Shown here: positions 45,410-56,025 of the stretch, one piece after another
How positions within the stretch are numbered: position 1 is the stretch's first letter
Layout of the letters: each line of letters begins with the position of its first letter
The notes under the pieces: generated by a model
Told to the model about the DNA's origin: nothing
What the model saw: the letters and a program-made list of their open reading frames with translations, nothing else
Databases searched by the model: none
Source of the DNA: Nostocales cyanobacterium 94392
GTDB taxonomy: Bacteria; Cyanobacteriota; Cyanobacteriia; Cyanobacteriales; Nostocaceae
Length of the DNA: 64,000 nucleotides
NCBI GenBank assembly: GCA_035285725.1
Contig: JAYKJL010000131.1
Span: 54,485-118,484, forward strand
Direction: 5' to 3'
Translations under genes and position numbers: made by a program

Positions 45410-46381
45410 ATGTCTCAAATATTTAAATTTATGCAAAACAAAATACCTGTAACAATCATTACAGGATTTCTGGGAAGTGGTAAAACGACTTTATTAAATC
45501 ATATTTTGACTAACCGTGATAATTTGAAAATAGCTGTTTTAGTCAATGAATTTGGAGAAATTAACATCGATAGTCAACTTTTAGTATCTATTGATCGAGA
45601 TATGATGTTACTGAGTAATGGCTGTATATGTTGTACTATTAATGCCAGTTTAATTGATGCAGTTAATCAAGTTTTAGAACGTAAAAATATTGATTATATA
45701 GTTATCGAAACTACGGGTTTAGCCGAACCAATACCTTTAATGATGACTTTTACTAGTAGTACTTTAAGCAATATGACTCGTTTAGATTCTATTTTGACAG
45801 TTGTTGATGTAGAAAACTTCAACCCGGAAAAATTTGAAAGTAAAATTGCTTTAGACCAAGTTATATATGGAGATATTATTATTCTCAATAAAATAGATTT
45901 AGTCTCGGAAACAAAAATCGGAGCCATTGAAGATTTTATCAACACAGTTAAACTCAAAGCAAAAATTATACGTTCTGAATACGGCAAAGTCTCTTTACCT
46001 TTGATTTTAGATGCGAGTACGTCCTATTGTAAAATGCTTTTCTCTTCATCTTTACAATATAATATTAATTCACCTGGGATTAATCCCTTAGAAAATGAAA
46101 ATTTTATGTCAGTTGCTTTCCAAAGCAATCGACCTTTGATTGTTGAGAAATTTACTAATTTTTTGGACGAACAATTACCGAAAACAGTATTTCGAGGAAA
46201 AGGAATTATTTGGTATCAAGGAAGTAAATTACGGCATATTTTTCAACTTAGTGGTAAACGCTGTAATTTTCAAAGGGATGAATGGTCAACTCTTCCCTGT
46301 AATCAACTGGTTTTTATTGGACAAAATTTAGATGCGGGAAAAATAAGAAGTCAATTAGAACAATGTCTTGCTATTATCTAA
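45410..46381 (+). CDS. COG0523/CobW-family metallochaperone GTPase
   Basis: GFLGSGKT, NEFG, NGCICC, ETTG, FRGKG. Confidence 0.92.
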   Translation: MSQIFKFMQNKIPVTIITGFLGSGKTTLLNHILTNRDNLKIAVLVNEFGEINIDSQLLVSIDRDMMLLSNGCICCTINASLIDAVNQVLERKNIDYIVIETTGLAEPIPLMMTFTSSTLSNMTRLDSILTVVDVENFNPEKFESKIALDQVIYGDIIILNKIDLVSETKIGAIEDFINTVKLKAKIIRSEYGKVSLPLILDASTSYCKMLFSSSLQYNINSPGINPLENENFMSVAFQSNRPLIVEKFTNFLDEQLPKTVFRGKGIIWYQGSKLRHIFQLSGKRCNFQRDEWSTLPCNQLVFIGQNLDAGKIRSQLEQCLAII

Positions 46382-46397
46382 ATATCTTAATTCACCA

Positions 46398-46437
46398 TTA
46401 CTTATTACTTATTACTTATTACTTATTACTCATTACT
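46398..46437. repeat. STRR (TTATTAC)n
   Basis: Between convergent stop codons. Confidence 0.85.
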
Positions 46438-46456
46438 TCCGCCCAGCAGTACTAGA

Positions 46457-46987
46457 TTATTTTTCTGTTTCATCGTCACTTTGTTCTGTAATCTGGACAA
46501 GATGATTTAAGTCATCAGCATTAATCTGGTAAGCTGCACCAAAATCCATTACAAAAAGACCTTCATAAGGAGTAAATTTAAAAATCTCAAAATCTGGTAA
46601 ATTACGAAAAATATAAATAATATTTCCAAATCTTTGATCGAATTTATCAGCAATATAATCCCATTCTGGATGATTCTTTTCTACAACAGTCCCATGGCAA
46701 GAATATGTCAAACGTTTACGAGCAAAAATTTGTTTACTTTTAGTTTCATCTTCAATTAACATCACACTCGCTTTACCATTTACTTGAAGATTGGAAGTGT
46801 GAACCGAAAGTTTACTTACGAATATATAAATATTTTTGGCTTCATCTATCACAAATGGTGCATAACTGACGTTCGGAATACCTTCATTACTAACTGTTCC
46901 TAACACGACAGTTCTCATATTACTAATGAGCAAAGCGTATGTAGCTTTTGCTTTTTCTAGATTTTTTCCCAATGTATAATACCTCAC
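46457..46987 (-). CDS. HugZ/HutZ-like split-barrel (PNPOx-fold) heme/flavin-binding protein
   Basis: LGTVSNEGIPNVSYAPF, YIFVSKLSVHTSNL, FARKRLTY, GFG-like DFGAAY. Confidence 0.8.
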   Translation of the reverse strand: MRYYTLGKNLEKAKATYALLISNMRTVVLGTVSNEGIPNVSYAPFVIDEAKNIYIFVSKLSVHTSNLQVNGKASVMLIEDETKSKQIFARKRLTYSCHGTVVEKNHPEWDYIADKFDQRFGNIIYIFRNLPDFEIFKFTPYEGLFVMDFGAAYQINADDLNHLVQITEQSDDETEK

Positions 46988-47053
46988 TTGTCAATTTTCT
47001 TGATTCTGTATTTTCCTTTGAAACTCAGAATATACAATTAATATCTAAATTAT

Positions 47054-47068
47054 TGCAAATAATTCTAA
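47054..47068. promoter_or_regulatory. Putative Fur box (weaker)
   Basis: TGCAAAT-A-ATTCTAA, 7-1-7 like. Confidence 0.45.
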
Positions 47069-47152
47069 ATAATTATAAATAATTATACAGATTTTAAATG
47101 TATTGCATCAGACTAAGCTGGAAAAATAAAGTATCTATTAATCTGAAGCTAT

Positions 47153-47167
47153 TGAAAATAATTATCA
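47153..47167. promoter_or_regulatory. Putative Fur box between the divergent hugZ-like and ywiC-like genes
   Basis: TGAAAAT-A-ATTATCA, 1 mismatch to TGATAAT-N-ATTATCA. Confidence 0.7.
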
Positions 47168-47306
47168 AATACTTTTAATTCAAGCTATAATCATAGCTAA
47201 TAACAATTGATAGTTAATCAATTTTTATTTATCAAATTATTTTTCGATAAAGGAGCAATATGATTAAACCTTGGTTTTACGCTGCAAGCAATTAGGAGTA
47301 AAACAG

Positions 47307-48158
47307 ATGAATGAGCCAGTTTCAGTAAATGAGTTAGGGACAACAGTATTACCGAGTGAGGAGCAGCAGCAGAAAGTTGATTTCCGGGGCTGGTTAAAAC
47401 CAACTTTTTCTCCAGAGCATGGTGTATTAATTATTTTATTTGGTTCTTTCTTGACAGGAGCAGCTTTAGCTCAGACTTGGAATTATTGCACAAATCTAGC
47501 ATTAATTTGTGCTTTTTTTGCACTACAAACAGAACATCCCCTAATCGTGCAGTTAAAACAACGCAGTACTTGGAAACCTAGATATCTAATTTGGGCTGGA
47601 ATCTATGGAATAATTGCTGTTTCTCTGGCTGTTTGGTTGTGGATTCAGTCTCCGATTTTAGTATGGATTTATGCCATAGTACTTTGTGCGTTGATAGTTG
47701 ATATGATTGCAGTATTTAAACGTAAGCACAAATCGATTCTTAATGAATTAGTTATTTTTGCCGCTATCTGCTTATCGACTCCTCTAACTTATGCAGCAAC
47801 AACAGGAAATCTTTCTTTAGAAGCGTTGGCTATGTGGATATTGAATACATTATTTTTTGGTAGTGCAATTTTCACGATTAAACTGCGACGCAAGAAAACT
47901 AGTTCTCTGAATCCAGGTATAATTTATCATTCAATTGCCAGCGCGATCGCCATCGGTTTTTTTGCTTTAGGCTGGCTAAAATTAGTTACGGCTTTAGCAT
48001 TTGCGATCGCGTTAATTAAATTTGCTGTAGTGATTACTTTTCGCAATTGGTATACCGAAGCCAAGTTTCATTCTGTAGCTCTACTTGAGAGTCGTTTTGC
48101 TCTGTTTTATATTGCAGTAGCTGCTATCAGTGTACTTCCCGCGCATTTACCAAAATGA
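47307..48158 (+). CDS. YwiC-like family membrane protein; likely start 47307
   Basis: PEHGVLIILFGSFLTG; AGGAG RBS; multiple TM. Confidence 0.78.
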   Translation: MNEPVSVNELGTTVLPSEEQQQKVDFRGWLKPTFSPEHGVLIILFGSFLTGAALAQTWNYCTNLALICAFFALQTEHPLIVQLKQRSTWKPRYLIWAGIYGIIAVSLAVWLWIQSPILVWIYAIVLCALIVDMIAVFKRKHKSILNELVIFAAICLSTPLTYAATTGNLSLEALAMWILNTLFFGSAIFTIKLRRKKTSSLNPGIIYHSIASAIAIGFFALGWLKLVTALAFAIALIKFAVVITFRNWYTEAKFHSVALLESRFALFYIAVAAISVLPAHLPK

Positions 48159-48323
48159 TTATTACTAGGACTTACGCACTATACAAATTGATTATGGTAT
48201 GAGTTCACGTAAGAAAGGTCATTCCAGGCTTTGATGGTTTATGAGTATATAGTCATAATGTAGGGTTTTAGCAATGCTAAACCCCTACGGGCAGGAGGGT
48301 TAAGTATGAGTATAAAATTAAAT

Positions 48324-48426
48324 TAGGTAGCTCGCAAAATTACTTATATAATTACTCGTGAGTTCTGTAACCCTTCCCCCAAACCTCCTCAAACAAAATG
48401 TTTAATTTATTTTGCACGAGTACTTA
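48324..48426. repeat. ~105-bp MITE-like repeat, copy 1 (imperfect TIRs)
   Basis: Direct-orientation copy at 52355-52459. Confidence 0.82.
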
Positions 48427-48742
48427 TCTAAATCTTTTCCGGAGATGTCCAATATACATTACATAATACTTGATAAATGTTATCGTTAAGTATAGCTATT
48501 AAATAAAGCTACAGAGAAATTATATAGAGGTAATCACTCTTTATTGAAAAAAGCCTAAATGCTTTTGATCAATTAGAAATAATAACAATTGTAGTTAAAG
48601 TAACTTTGATTGATGCTTCTGTAGTTGTGATAGCGTGGGTTTTCACGTTGCTATGTATCGGTTGGTACATTTAGTTTAGACGTGATATCTTGATGACTTA
48701 ACTGGGAACAGCAAATTGTTTTACTGGAGAAAAAGATTGGAA

Positions 48743-49744
48743 ATGCGACAAAAATTTTTATTAACCGGATTGATTGCTTCTTTAGTCATCAGCGCGGGGT
48801 GTGAAGCACCGAATAATGTTCCTAAGACTTTGGTTGTATATTCCGGTAGAAACGAAAAGCTAATTTCCTCTTTGATTGAACAAGCGGAGAAAGACTTAAA
48901 ACTGGATATTGAAGTGCGCTATGGTGACACTTCTGAACTTGCGATCGCGCTGTTGGAGGAAGGAGATAATAGTAAAGCTGATGTGTTTTTTGCACAAGAT
49001 GCTGGTGCTTTAGGTAGTTTGGAGCAGAACCAAAAGACTTTAGAAATACCATCAGAAGTATTGAATCAAGTAGATTCTCGTTTTAATTCACCTACGGGTA
49101 ATTGGGTAGGAATTTCCGGACGCGCTCGTGTAGTTGATTACAATACCAATTTAGTCAAAGAAAACGAATTACCAAAAACAGTTTGGGAATTGACTGAGCC
49201 AAAATGGCGCGGTAAAGTTGCTTGGGCTCCTACAAATGGTTCATTTCAGTCATTCATTACAGCAATGCGGGTAATAGAAGGTGAAGAAAGGACATTGGAA
49301 TGGCTCAAAGCAATGAAAGCTAACGATGTCAAAAAATACGGTAATAATACCGCAATAGTCGAGGCTTTAGGAAGGGGTGAGATTCATCTCGGATTAGTAA
49401 ATCACTATTATCTACCCCGGTTCATTAAAGACAATGCTAAATTCCCCGTTGCTCATCATTTCACTAATGGGGATGTAGGTGCAATGATTAACGTTGCAGG
49501 GCTTGCAATTCTCAAAACAACTGATCAAAAAGAAGATGCTCAAGCATTTGTTAATTATATGCTTACTCCCGCAGCACAGAAATATTTTGCTTCGGAGACT
49601 AATGAGTATCCTTTGGTAAATGGAGTAGAAACATCAAGGGAATTAACACCTTTGAGTAAGCTAAATCCTCCCAAAATTGACTTATCTAAATTATCAAGCT
49701 TAGAAGAAACTTTGAAGTTATTACAACAAGCTGGAGTTGTTTAA
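48743..49744 (+). CDS. futA: Second Fe(III)-binding protein, lipoprotein; likely start 48743
   Basis: Lipobox ISAGC; YSGRNEKLI, AQDAG, WAPTNGSFQ, NHYY. Confidence 0.88.
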   Translation: MRQKFLLTGLIASLVISAGCEAPNNVPKTLVVYSGRNEKLISSLIEQAEKDLKLDIEVRYGDTSELAIALLEEGDNSKADVFFAQDAGALGSLEQNQKTLEIPSEVLNQVDSRFNSPTGNWVGISGRARVVDYNTNLVKENELPKTVWELTEPKWRGKVAWAPTNGSFQSFITAMRVIEGEERTLEWLKAMKANDVKKYGNNTAIVEALGRGEIHLGLVNHYYLPRFIKDNAKFPVAHHFTNGDVGAMINVAGLAILKTTDQKEDAQAFVNYMLTPAAQKYFASETNEYPLVNGVETSRELTPLSKLNPPKIDLSKLSSLEETLKLLQQAGVV

Positions 49745-49759
49745 TGGGGGGAGTAGGAG

Positions 49760-49895
49760 TTAGTTGATGATTGATAGTTGATAGTTGATGGTTGATGGTT
49801 GATGGTTGATGGTTGATAGTTGATAGTTGATGGTTGATGGTTGATGGTTAATATTTATTTCTCCCCATCTCCCCATCTCCCCATCCCCCCACCTC
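49760..49895 (+). repeat. STRRs (TTGATGG/TTGATAG)n followed by (CCCCATC)n
   Basis: Between futA and futC. Confidence 0.88.
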
Positions 49896-49999
49896 CTCAT
49901 CAAGTATGAAATTTAGATACTGGGGAGCAAGTTGCTCCTGGTATCTAAATAAAGAAAATTATTTGAACTACAGTAACAAAAATTTTTCTATAAATTACG

Positions 50000-51040
50000 A
50001 TGAAAAAAGAAATTCTCGGCTTACAAAATATAACTAAATTGTTTGCAGAAAGTCAGATTCCTGCGGTTAATAATGTTTCGTTGACATTACAAGAAGGAGA
50101 TATTTTAGCTTTATTAGGTCCATCGGGTTGCGGTAAAACAACTCTGTTGCGAATAATTGGCGGTTTTGAATATCCGCAAACGGGAGAAGTTACCATTGGT
50201 AAAGAGAAAGTTTGCTGTCCTGTTAGTTGGATACCTCCAGAAAAACGGGATATTGGTATTGTGTTTCAAGATTATGCTCTTTTTCCCCATCTAACAGTAG
50301 CGGAAAACGTTGCTTTCGGATTAAAAAACTCAGAGCAACATCGAATTAAACAAAGAGTTTCCGAAGTTTTAAACTTAGTAAGACTTGACACTTTAGAGAA
50401 ACGTTATCCTTACGAGCTTTCCGGGGGGCAGCAGCAACGAGTTGCGTTAGCTCGTGCTTTAGCACCCGAACCAAAACTAATGCTGTTAGACGAACCATTG
50501 TCTAATCTGGATATCCAAGTAAGATTACAATTACGAGAAGAAATCAGAGATATCCTTAAAATTGCTGGAACTTCGGCAATTTTTATTACTCATGACCAAG
50601 AAGAAGCCCTCGCGATTGCAGATGTAGTCGGGGTAATGCGTCAAGGATACTTAGAACAAATTGGTACCCCAGAACAAGTTTACAGTTATCCTGCATCCCG
50701 ATTTGTCGCAGAATTTGTGACTCAAGCCAACTTTTTACCCGCTCGTCGTCAAGGTAATGTTTGGCAAACAGAAATTGGTGATTTTGAAATCAAAGATAAT
50801 CGCGATCGCGATGAAGCTGAAATAATGGTTCGTCAAGAAGATTTAATTTTGCAACCAGATAGGAATAGTCGAGTAAAAATTACCAAACGGCGATTTTTAG
50901 GAAGAGAATACCGCTATTGTTTAGAAACTGCTTCTGGTAAAGAAATTCATGCAAGAACAATAGTCGATACAGTATTACCTGTAGGAACATCTGTAAAAAT
51001 ATCCGTAATAGATAATGGCATAAAAATTTTTACTGAATAA
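50000..51040 (+). CDS. futC: Fe(III) ABC transporter ATPase
   Basis: GPSGCGKT, FQDYALFPHL, LSGGQQQR, LLDEP, TOBE tail. Confidence 0.88.
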   Translation: MKKEILGLQNITKLFAESQIPAVNNVSLTLQEGDILALLGPSGCGKTTLLRIIGGFEYPQTGEVTIGKEKVCCPVSWIPPEKRDIGIVFQDYALFPHLTVAENVAFGLKNSEQHRIKQRVSEVLNLVRLDTLEKRYPYELSGGQQQRVALARALAPEPKLMLLDEPLSNLDIQVRLQLREEIRDILKIAGTSAIFITHDQEEALAIADVVGVMRQGYLEQIGTPEQVYSYPASRFVAEFVTQANFLPARRQGNVWQTEIGDFEIKDNRDRDEAEIMVRQEDLILQPDRNSRVKITKRRFLGREYRYCLETASGKEIHARTIVDTVLPVGTSVKISVIDNGIKIFTE

Positions 51041-51207
51041 GTAGAGATTAAGCAATAAATCATACTGATTTAGATTTTGTCTTAAACAATCTGAAATCAT
51101 CATCTTTGTTAGTTTGAGAAGTCGGGTTTTTCAAAATGTCTCAGTCTGTTATAGATACTTTTCTTAAAAACCCGACTTCTATACCTTAATTTACCCTAAT
51201 TTCTTGA

Positions 51208-52194
51208 TCAACCTCCAATTTGTGACATAGTGCGAGTATAATTATCCACTGTTCCTTTATCTCGTTCTTTAAAATTAATTTCGTCTTTAAGCAATAGTAA
51301 ATTTCTCACTTGTTGTTTTAATTGTTCACAATCAATTCCATTTCGTAAAGCATTTTTTAAATTAATTTGACCAGTTTCATTTAATAAACAAGGACGCAAC
51401 CAACCATCAGCAGATAAACGAATTCGATTGCATTTATCGCAAAAACATTCTGACATTTGGGAGATAAATCCTAAAGTACCTTTTGCACCGGGAATTTGAA
51501 AAACATCCGCTGGACCATTTCCTTTGATACTCGACTCAATTATGCCGAATTTTTGCGAAATAATTTGACGTAATTGGTACGAAGGAACCCAAGTACTTTC
51601 ATCAAATAATTTATCATTGCCAATTGGCATAAATTCAATAAAACGAACGTGCCAATTATGATTAATAGTTAAAGCAGCTAAATCAAGAATTTCTGAATCA
51701 TTTATGTCTTTAATAATTACTACATTTAATTTTAAAGGATTGAACCCAACCTCATAAGCTGTTTTAATTCCTTGCCAAGTTTGCTCCCAGCGTGATTTTC
51801 CCCTATTACCAATCATTTTGTCAAAAATTTCTGGATTCAGGGAATCAAAACTAATATTAATCCGTCGTAAACCAGCATCAAAAAGTGGTTTTGCAAGCTT
51901 TTCTAATAAAAAACCATTAGTTGTTATTGATAAATCATCACATTGAGGTAATGCTGCAATTTCTCGAACAAAATCAACTATCCCCGGACGTAATAATGGT
52001 TCCCCTCCAGTCAAACGAAATTTAGTAAATCCTAGGGGAATAAACACTTTTTTGAGTAAAGTTAATAACTCTTCGTAACTCAATAATTCCTGTTGTAAAA
52101 TATAATCAAGTTCTGCGCCTTCTGGTACGCAATAATGACAACGAAAGTTACAGCGGTCTATGAGACTTATACGCAGATAATCTATTTTATTCAT
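51208..52194 (-). CDS. moaA: GTP 3',8-cyclase (molybdopterin synthesis, radical SAM)
   Basis: [34 protein letters not shown]-terminal IGG. Confidence 0.96.
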   Translation of the reverse strand: MNKIDYLRISLIDRCNFRCHYCVPEGAELDYILQQELLSYEELLTLLKKVFIPLGFTKFRLTGGEPLLRPGIVDFVREIAALPQCDDLSITTNGFLLEKLAKPLFDAGLRRINISFDSLNPEIFDKMIGNRGKSRWEQTWQGIKTAYEVGFNPLKLNVVIIKDINDSEILDLAALTINHNWHVRFIEFMPIGNDKLFDESTWVPSYQLRQIISQKFGIIESSIKGNGPADVFQIPGAKGTLGFISQMSECFCDKCNRIRLSADGWLRPCLLNETGQINLKNALRNGIDCEQLKQQVRNLLLLKDEINFKERDKGTVDNYTRTMSQIGG

Positions 52195-52354
52195 GTAGTT
52201 ATTTTATCAAATATTAATTATCAAATTTATCCAGCCTAGTTTTCCAGATATTTATATTTCTCCAAACTTTACTTCTCTAAGATTAACTTAAGTCTGGGGA
52301 AGAAGAAGCTACTAGGGTAAGAAAAAATTGTTAATTAATACGATACAGATAAAA

Positions 52355-52459
52355 TAAGTAGTTACGCAAAATTATTTATATAATTACTCGTGAGTTATGT
52401 AACCCTTCCCCCCAACCCTCCTCAAACAAAATGTTTAATTTATTTTGCACGAGTACTTA
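52355..52459. repeat. ~105-bp MITE-like repeat, copy 2
   Basis: Matches 48324-48426. Confidence 0.82.
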
Positions 52460-52526
52460 ACACAGAAATTTCCCTCCCCGAAGCTTGCGGAGAGGGTTAT
52501 TAGATTATCGTTTGTCGCTACCAGCT

Positions 52527-53576
52527 TTAACTAGCAATCCTTGGAGGATTGACCATATCGTTATTTTTAAAGTCAAATCCGGCTTCCGTTAAACGAGCGC
52601 GGCTAGCGTGCCATATATGTCCGCAGAGAAATAGGGTTGCAAAAACAAGATGAAAACTTACCAACCATCCACGAGATGACACTAAATCAGGAGAAGATTC
52701 GATCATCTTTACCGGACCGTAAAATACTTCTGGATAAACTGTGTCATTGAAAAAGGCAAAGGTTGCAGCCAGAAAGCCCATATATGCTATAGCACCTAAA
52801 CTATAGGATAAATAAGCCTCTCCAGACCAAACTAAAATTTTCTCTGTCCAGGGAAATGGCTTGCTGATCATGTGCCAAATACCACCACCAATACACATTA
52901 AACCAACCCAAATATGACCCCCAACTACATCTTCGAGGTTGTCTACAGCAGCCATACCTGTAGCACCATGAACGGGAAATAAATAACTAAAAATTCTTAA
53001 TGGGTTGAGTGTAGGATTGCTAATTACTCTCACGTCTCCACCGATTCCCAGATTCGGATCAAATAGTCCACCCCATAACATCGCTTTGGCGACTAATAAC
53101 CAAGCTCCGACACCCAAAAGAATCAGATGAATTCCTAAAATACTGGTCATCTTATTTTTATCTTTCCAGTTGTAGCCAAAAAAGCCTGCAAAAGTAAAGT
53201 TTTGTGGTAGTACACTCGGTCCTCGCAATGAGTGAAATATACCACCTGCTCCTAAAACTGCTGAGGAAATTAAGTGCAATATGCCAATTATGTAATAGGG
53301 TTCAATATCATTTACTGCACCTCCACTACCTACACCTAAACCGAGGCTTGCTAAATGTGGAAGTAAGATTAAACCTTGTTCGTACATTGGTAAAGCTGGA
53401 TTAAAGTGTGACAATTCAAACAATGTCATTGCACCAGCCCAGAATACTATCAAACCGGCATGAGCAACATGAGCGCCCAGTAATTTACCGGATAAATTGA
53501 GCAACCGAGCATTACCACGGTACCAGTCAACGTCACTAAAGCTATATCTTCGATTGGATAAAGTTGTTACAGTCAT
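52527..53576 (-). CDS. IsiA/Pcb (CP43-like) chlorophyll-binding protein
   Basis: [35 protein letters not shown]. Confidence 0.92.
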   Translation of the reverse strand: MTVTTLSNRRYSFSDVDWYRGNARLLNLSGKLLGAHVAHAGLIVFWAGAMTLFELSHFNPALPMYEQGLILLPHLASLGLGVGSGGAVNDIEPYYIIGILHLISSAVLGAGGIFHSLRGPSVLPQNFTFAGFFGYNWKDKNKMTSILGIHLILLGVGAWLLVAKAMLWGGLFDPNLGIGGDVRVISNPTLNPLRIFSYLFPVHGATGMAAVDNLEDVVGGHIWVGLMCIGGGIWHMISKPFPWTEKILVWSGEAYLSYSLGAIAYMGFLAATFAFFNDTVYPEVFYGPVKMIESSPDLVSSRGWLVSFHLVFATLFLCGHIWHASRARLTEAGFDFKNNDMVNPPRIAS

Positions 53577-53579
53577 TCG

Positions 53580-53612
53580 ATTTTAGATTTTAGATTTTAG
53601 ATTTTAGATTTT
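53580..53612. repeat. STRR (TTTTAGA)n
   Basis: Between flavodoxin and the IsiA-like gene. Confidence 0.88.
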
Positions 53613-53628
53613 GAGGAAAGTTGAGCAT

Positions 53629-54138
53629 TTACAATCCGAAAGCCGACTTAACTTGAGCAGTCCAAATCTTGATTCTTTCATCGGTTAAATCTGATTGATT
53701 ATCATCATCAAGAGCAAGTCCACAGAATTTTCCATCTCTCAAAGCTTTAGATTCGTTAAAATCATAGCCATCCGTTGTGGTGTAACCAACGGTTTTTCCA
53801 CCTCTTTGAGAAATCTTTTCTTCTAACATCCCCATCGCATCCTGGAAGTTATCTCCATATCCAATTTGGTCTCCGGTACCAAAATAAGCAACTGTTTTAC
53901 CACTAAAATCAATCTCGTCAAGCTCTTCAAAAAAGCCTTCCCAATCGCTTTGAAGTTCGCCGATATTCCAAGTCGGACAGCCAATTATCAGACATTCATA
54001 CTGATCAAAATCACTCGCTTCTGCTTCTGCGATGTCATGCATGGTGATATCCCCACCTAAAGTATCACGAATCGTTTCTGCCGCAGATTCGGTTTTACCT
54101 GTTGTAGTACCGTAAAAAAGACCAATTGCTTTTGACAT
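53629..54138 (-). CDS. isiB: Long-chain flavodoxin
   Basis: GTTTGKTE, GCPTWNIG, FGTGDQ, GLALDDDNQ. Confidence 0.96.
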   Translation of the reverse strand: MSKAIGLFYGTTTGKTESAAETIRDTLGGDITMHDIAEAEASDFDQYECLIIGCPTWNIGELQSDWEGFFEELDEIDFSGKTVAYFGTGDQIGYGDNFQDAMGMLEEKISQRGGKTVGYTTTDGYDFNESKALRDGKFCGLALDDDNQSDLTDERIKIWTAQVKSAFGL

Positions 54139-54153
54139 TTTGAAACTACTCGC

Positions 54154-54168
54154 TATTGAGAATTAATT
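54154..54168 (-). promoter_or_regulatory. Putative Fur box just upstream of flavodoxin
   Basis: AATTAATTCTCAATA on the minus strand; second AT-rich candidate at 54346-54364. Confidence 0.55.
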
Positions 54169-54519
54169 AACTAAGAAAAATCAACTTTTTGCAACTATTT
54201 ATTATTAGATGCACTCACTTTTGAGATAATACAACATCAAGCGGAAAATGAATCACACCATAGGATACAGCTTTATTCATCGATTGTACGAAAATACATC
54301 CTCATACCTTGCAAAGGCAAAGATAATTTTTAAACATCATACTTAATGCATAATTATCTCAATAACTATTTTTCAGCATATCAAGATTTTGAAGATATTT
54401 AGCGATGATTTTGTGAAGTTTTGTAAAGATATCTGTAGGTAGACAAGCTACACAGAAATAACATTTTATCGGATTGATCATCTTCAGGGTATTGTTAACT
54501 TATTTACCTGCCGATAAAT

Positions 54520-54795
54520 TTAATACAACTTGTGTTTACCTTTTTGAGAAGCATTGCAATTAACAGTTTTCGCTTCAAAATCAATGCAACCAATAGCTTC
54601 TTCCGAGCAAGCTTTACAAGGATGAATCGTACATTTAAGACGGTAGTCATTGGTAAAAAAGTCACAGCCAGAACAAGGAATCTCATGCAGCTTTTTCAAC
54701 TGATTTGTTCCTTTACTAAGCATCAACCAAAAACTAACAATAGATAAAATGACTATTGTCCAAGCACAGAAAGCACAAAAAATTGTAGATAGCAT
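54520..54795 (-). CDS. Small membrane-anchored Cys-rich protein
   Basis: N-terminal TM; IPCSGCDFFT...LKCTIHPCKACSEEAIGCIDF. Confidence 0.8.
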   Translation of the reverse strand: MLSTIFCAFCAWTIVILSIVSFWLMLSKGTNQLKKLHEIPCSGCDFFTNDYRLKCTIHPCKACSEEAIGCIDFEAKTVNCNASQKGKHKLY

Positions 54796-54987
54796 AATAT
54801 CAAGTCCAGATGATTAGTTATTGTTTCCTGCTCCCTATTTCCCATTCCCTATTCCCTATTCCCTAGATGACATAATCTATCCTCAAGATAATTTCCTAAA
54901 AAAATGCCCGCAGATTAATTTTGTAAACCACAGGCATTTGAGGAACGTAGGCTCTGTCGAATCAGAAGAATTAAAAACGATGGATGG

Positions 54988-55953
54988 TTAGAGGTTTATT
55001 TGACGGGAACGCCAAGAATGCCAAATATAACCACAAAAAGCTAGAATTCCCAGAAAAAGCTGTACATTTGCTGTTCCCAAACGGTCATAACCATAAAACT
55101 CGCGAGGAAATACCACTTGATTGTAAGCCACAAATGGAATAGAAATAAAAGCCATCAAAGCTAAACCAAGCAGGCTATAAGAAAGAATTTCCTCACCATT
55201 CTCAATTGGGAAAATTCGCCTTACCCATCTGAACGGTGGTACTAAAATATGCCAAACTCCACCGAAAATCAACATTAAACCGACCCAAATATGACCGCCG
55301 ATGACATCTTGTAAATTGTCAACACTTGCCATTCCTAAAAGAGTCCAACTGCCATGTTTGAAACCGACTAAGTAACCAAAGATAATACTTGGGTCGAGAG
55401 TTGGGTTACTAATTAATCGAACTTCACCGATATTACTATCATAAATTCCACCAAAAAACATCGCTTTTAATACTAAAAGAAATGCCCCGAAACCGAGAAC
55501 AATCAAATGATTGCCCAAAATAAAACCTAATTGTCTGGGGTCGTTCCATTCATAGTGAAACTTCGCCACAATTCCACCAGGACTATACAAAACAACCGGA
55601 CCGCGAAATACATGAAAAAGTCCACCTGCACCTAAAACTGCTGAAGCGATTAAATGTAGAATACCAATAACAAAATAGGGATAAGTATCAATCACTTGAC
55701 CATTAGCACCAATACCCCAGCCCAAGGTTGCCAGATGTGGTAGTAGAGTCATCACCTGTTGATACATTGGTACTTCCGGGACAAAGCGTAATGCCTCAAT
55801 CATGGTAATACTTCCCGCCCAAAACATGATCAAACCTGCATGAGCAATATGAGCGCCGAGTAATTGACCAGACAAATCGGTTAAACGAGCATTACCGATT
55901 AACCAGGGTGAATCTGTACCTGATGCGAAAGTTTTATCTGTTGAGACAGCCAT
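54988..55953 (-). CDS. Divergent IsiA-family chlorophyll-binding protein; likely start 55953
   Basis: GNARLTDLSGQLLGAHIAHAG; short helix V-VI loop. Confidence 0.9.
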   Translation of the reverse strand: MAVSTDKTFASGTDSPWLIGNARLTDLSGQLLGAHIAHAGLIMFWAGSITMIEALRFVPEVPMYQQVMTLLPHLATLGWGIGANGQVIDTYPYFVIGILHLIASAVLGAGGLFHVFRGPVVLYSPGGIVAKFHYEWNDPRQLGFILGNHLIVLGFGAFLLVLKAMFFGGIYDSNIGEVRLISNPTLDPSIIFGYLVGFKHGSWTLLGMASVDNLQDVIGGHIWVGLMLIFGGVWHILVPPFRWVRRIFPIENGEEILSYSLLGLALMAFISIPFVAYNQVVFPREFYGYDRLGTANVQLFLGILAFCGYIWHSWRSRQINL

Positions 55954-56025
55954 AATCTTTACCTTTTGCAAAATTTCATCAAATTTCCATTTAGAGACGC
56001 TGTATAGAACAACGTCTTTAGAAAA

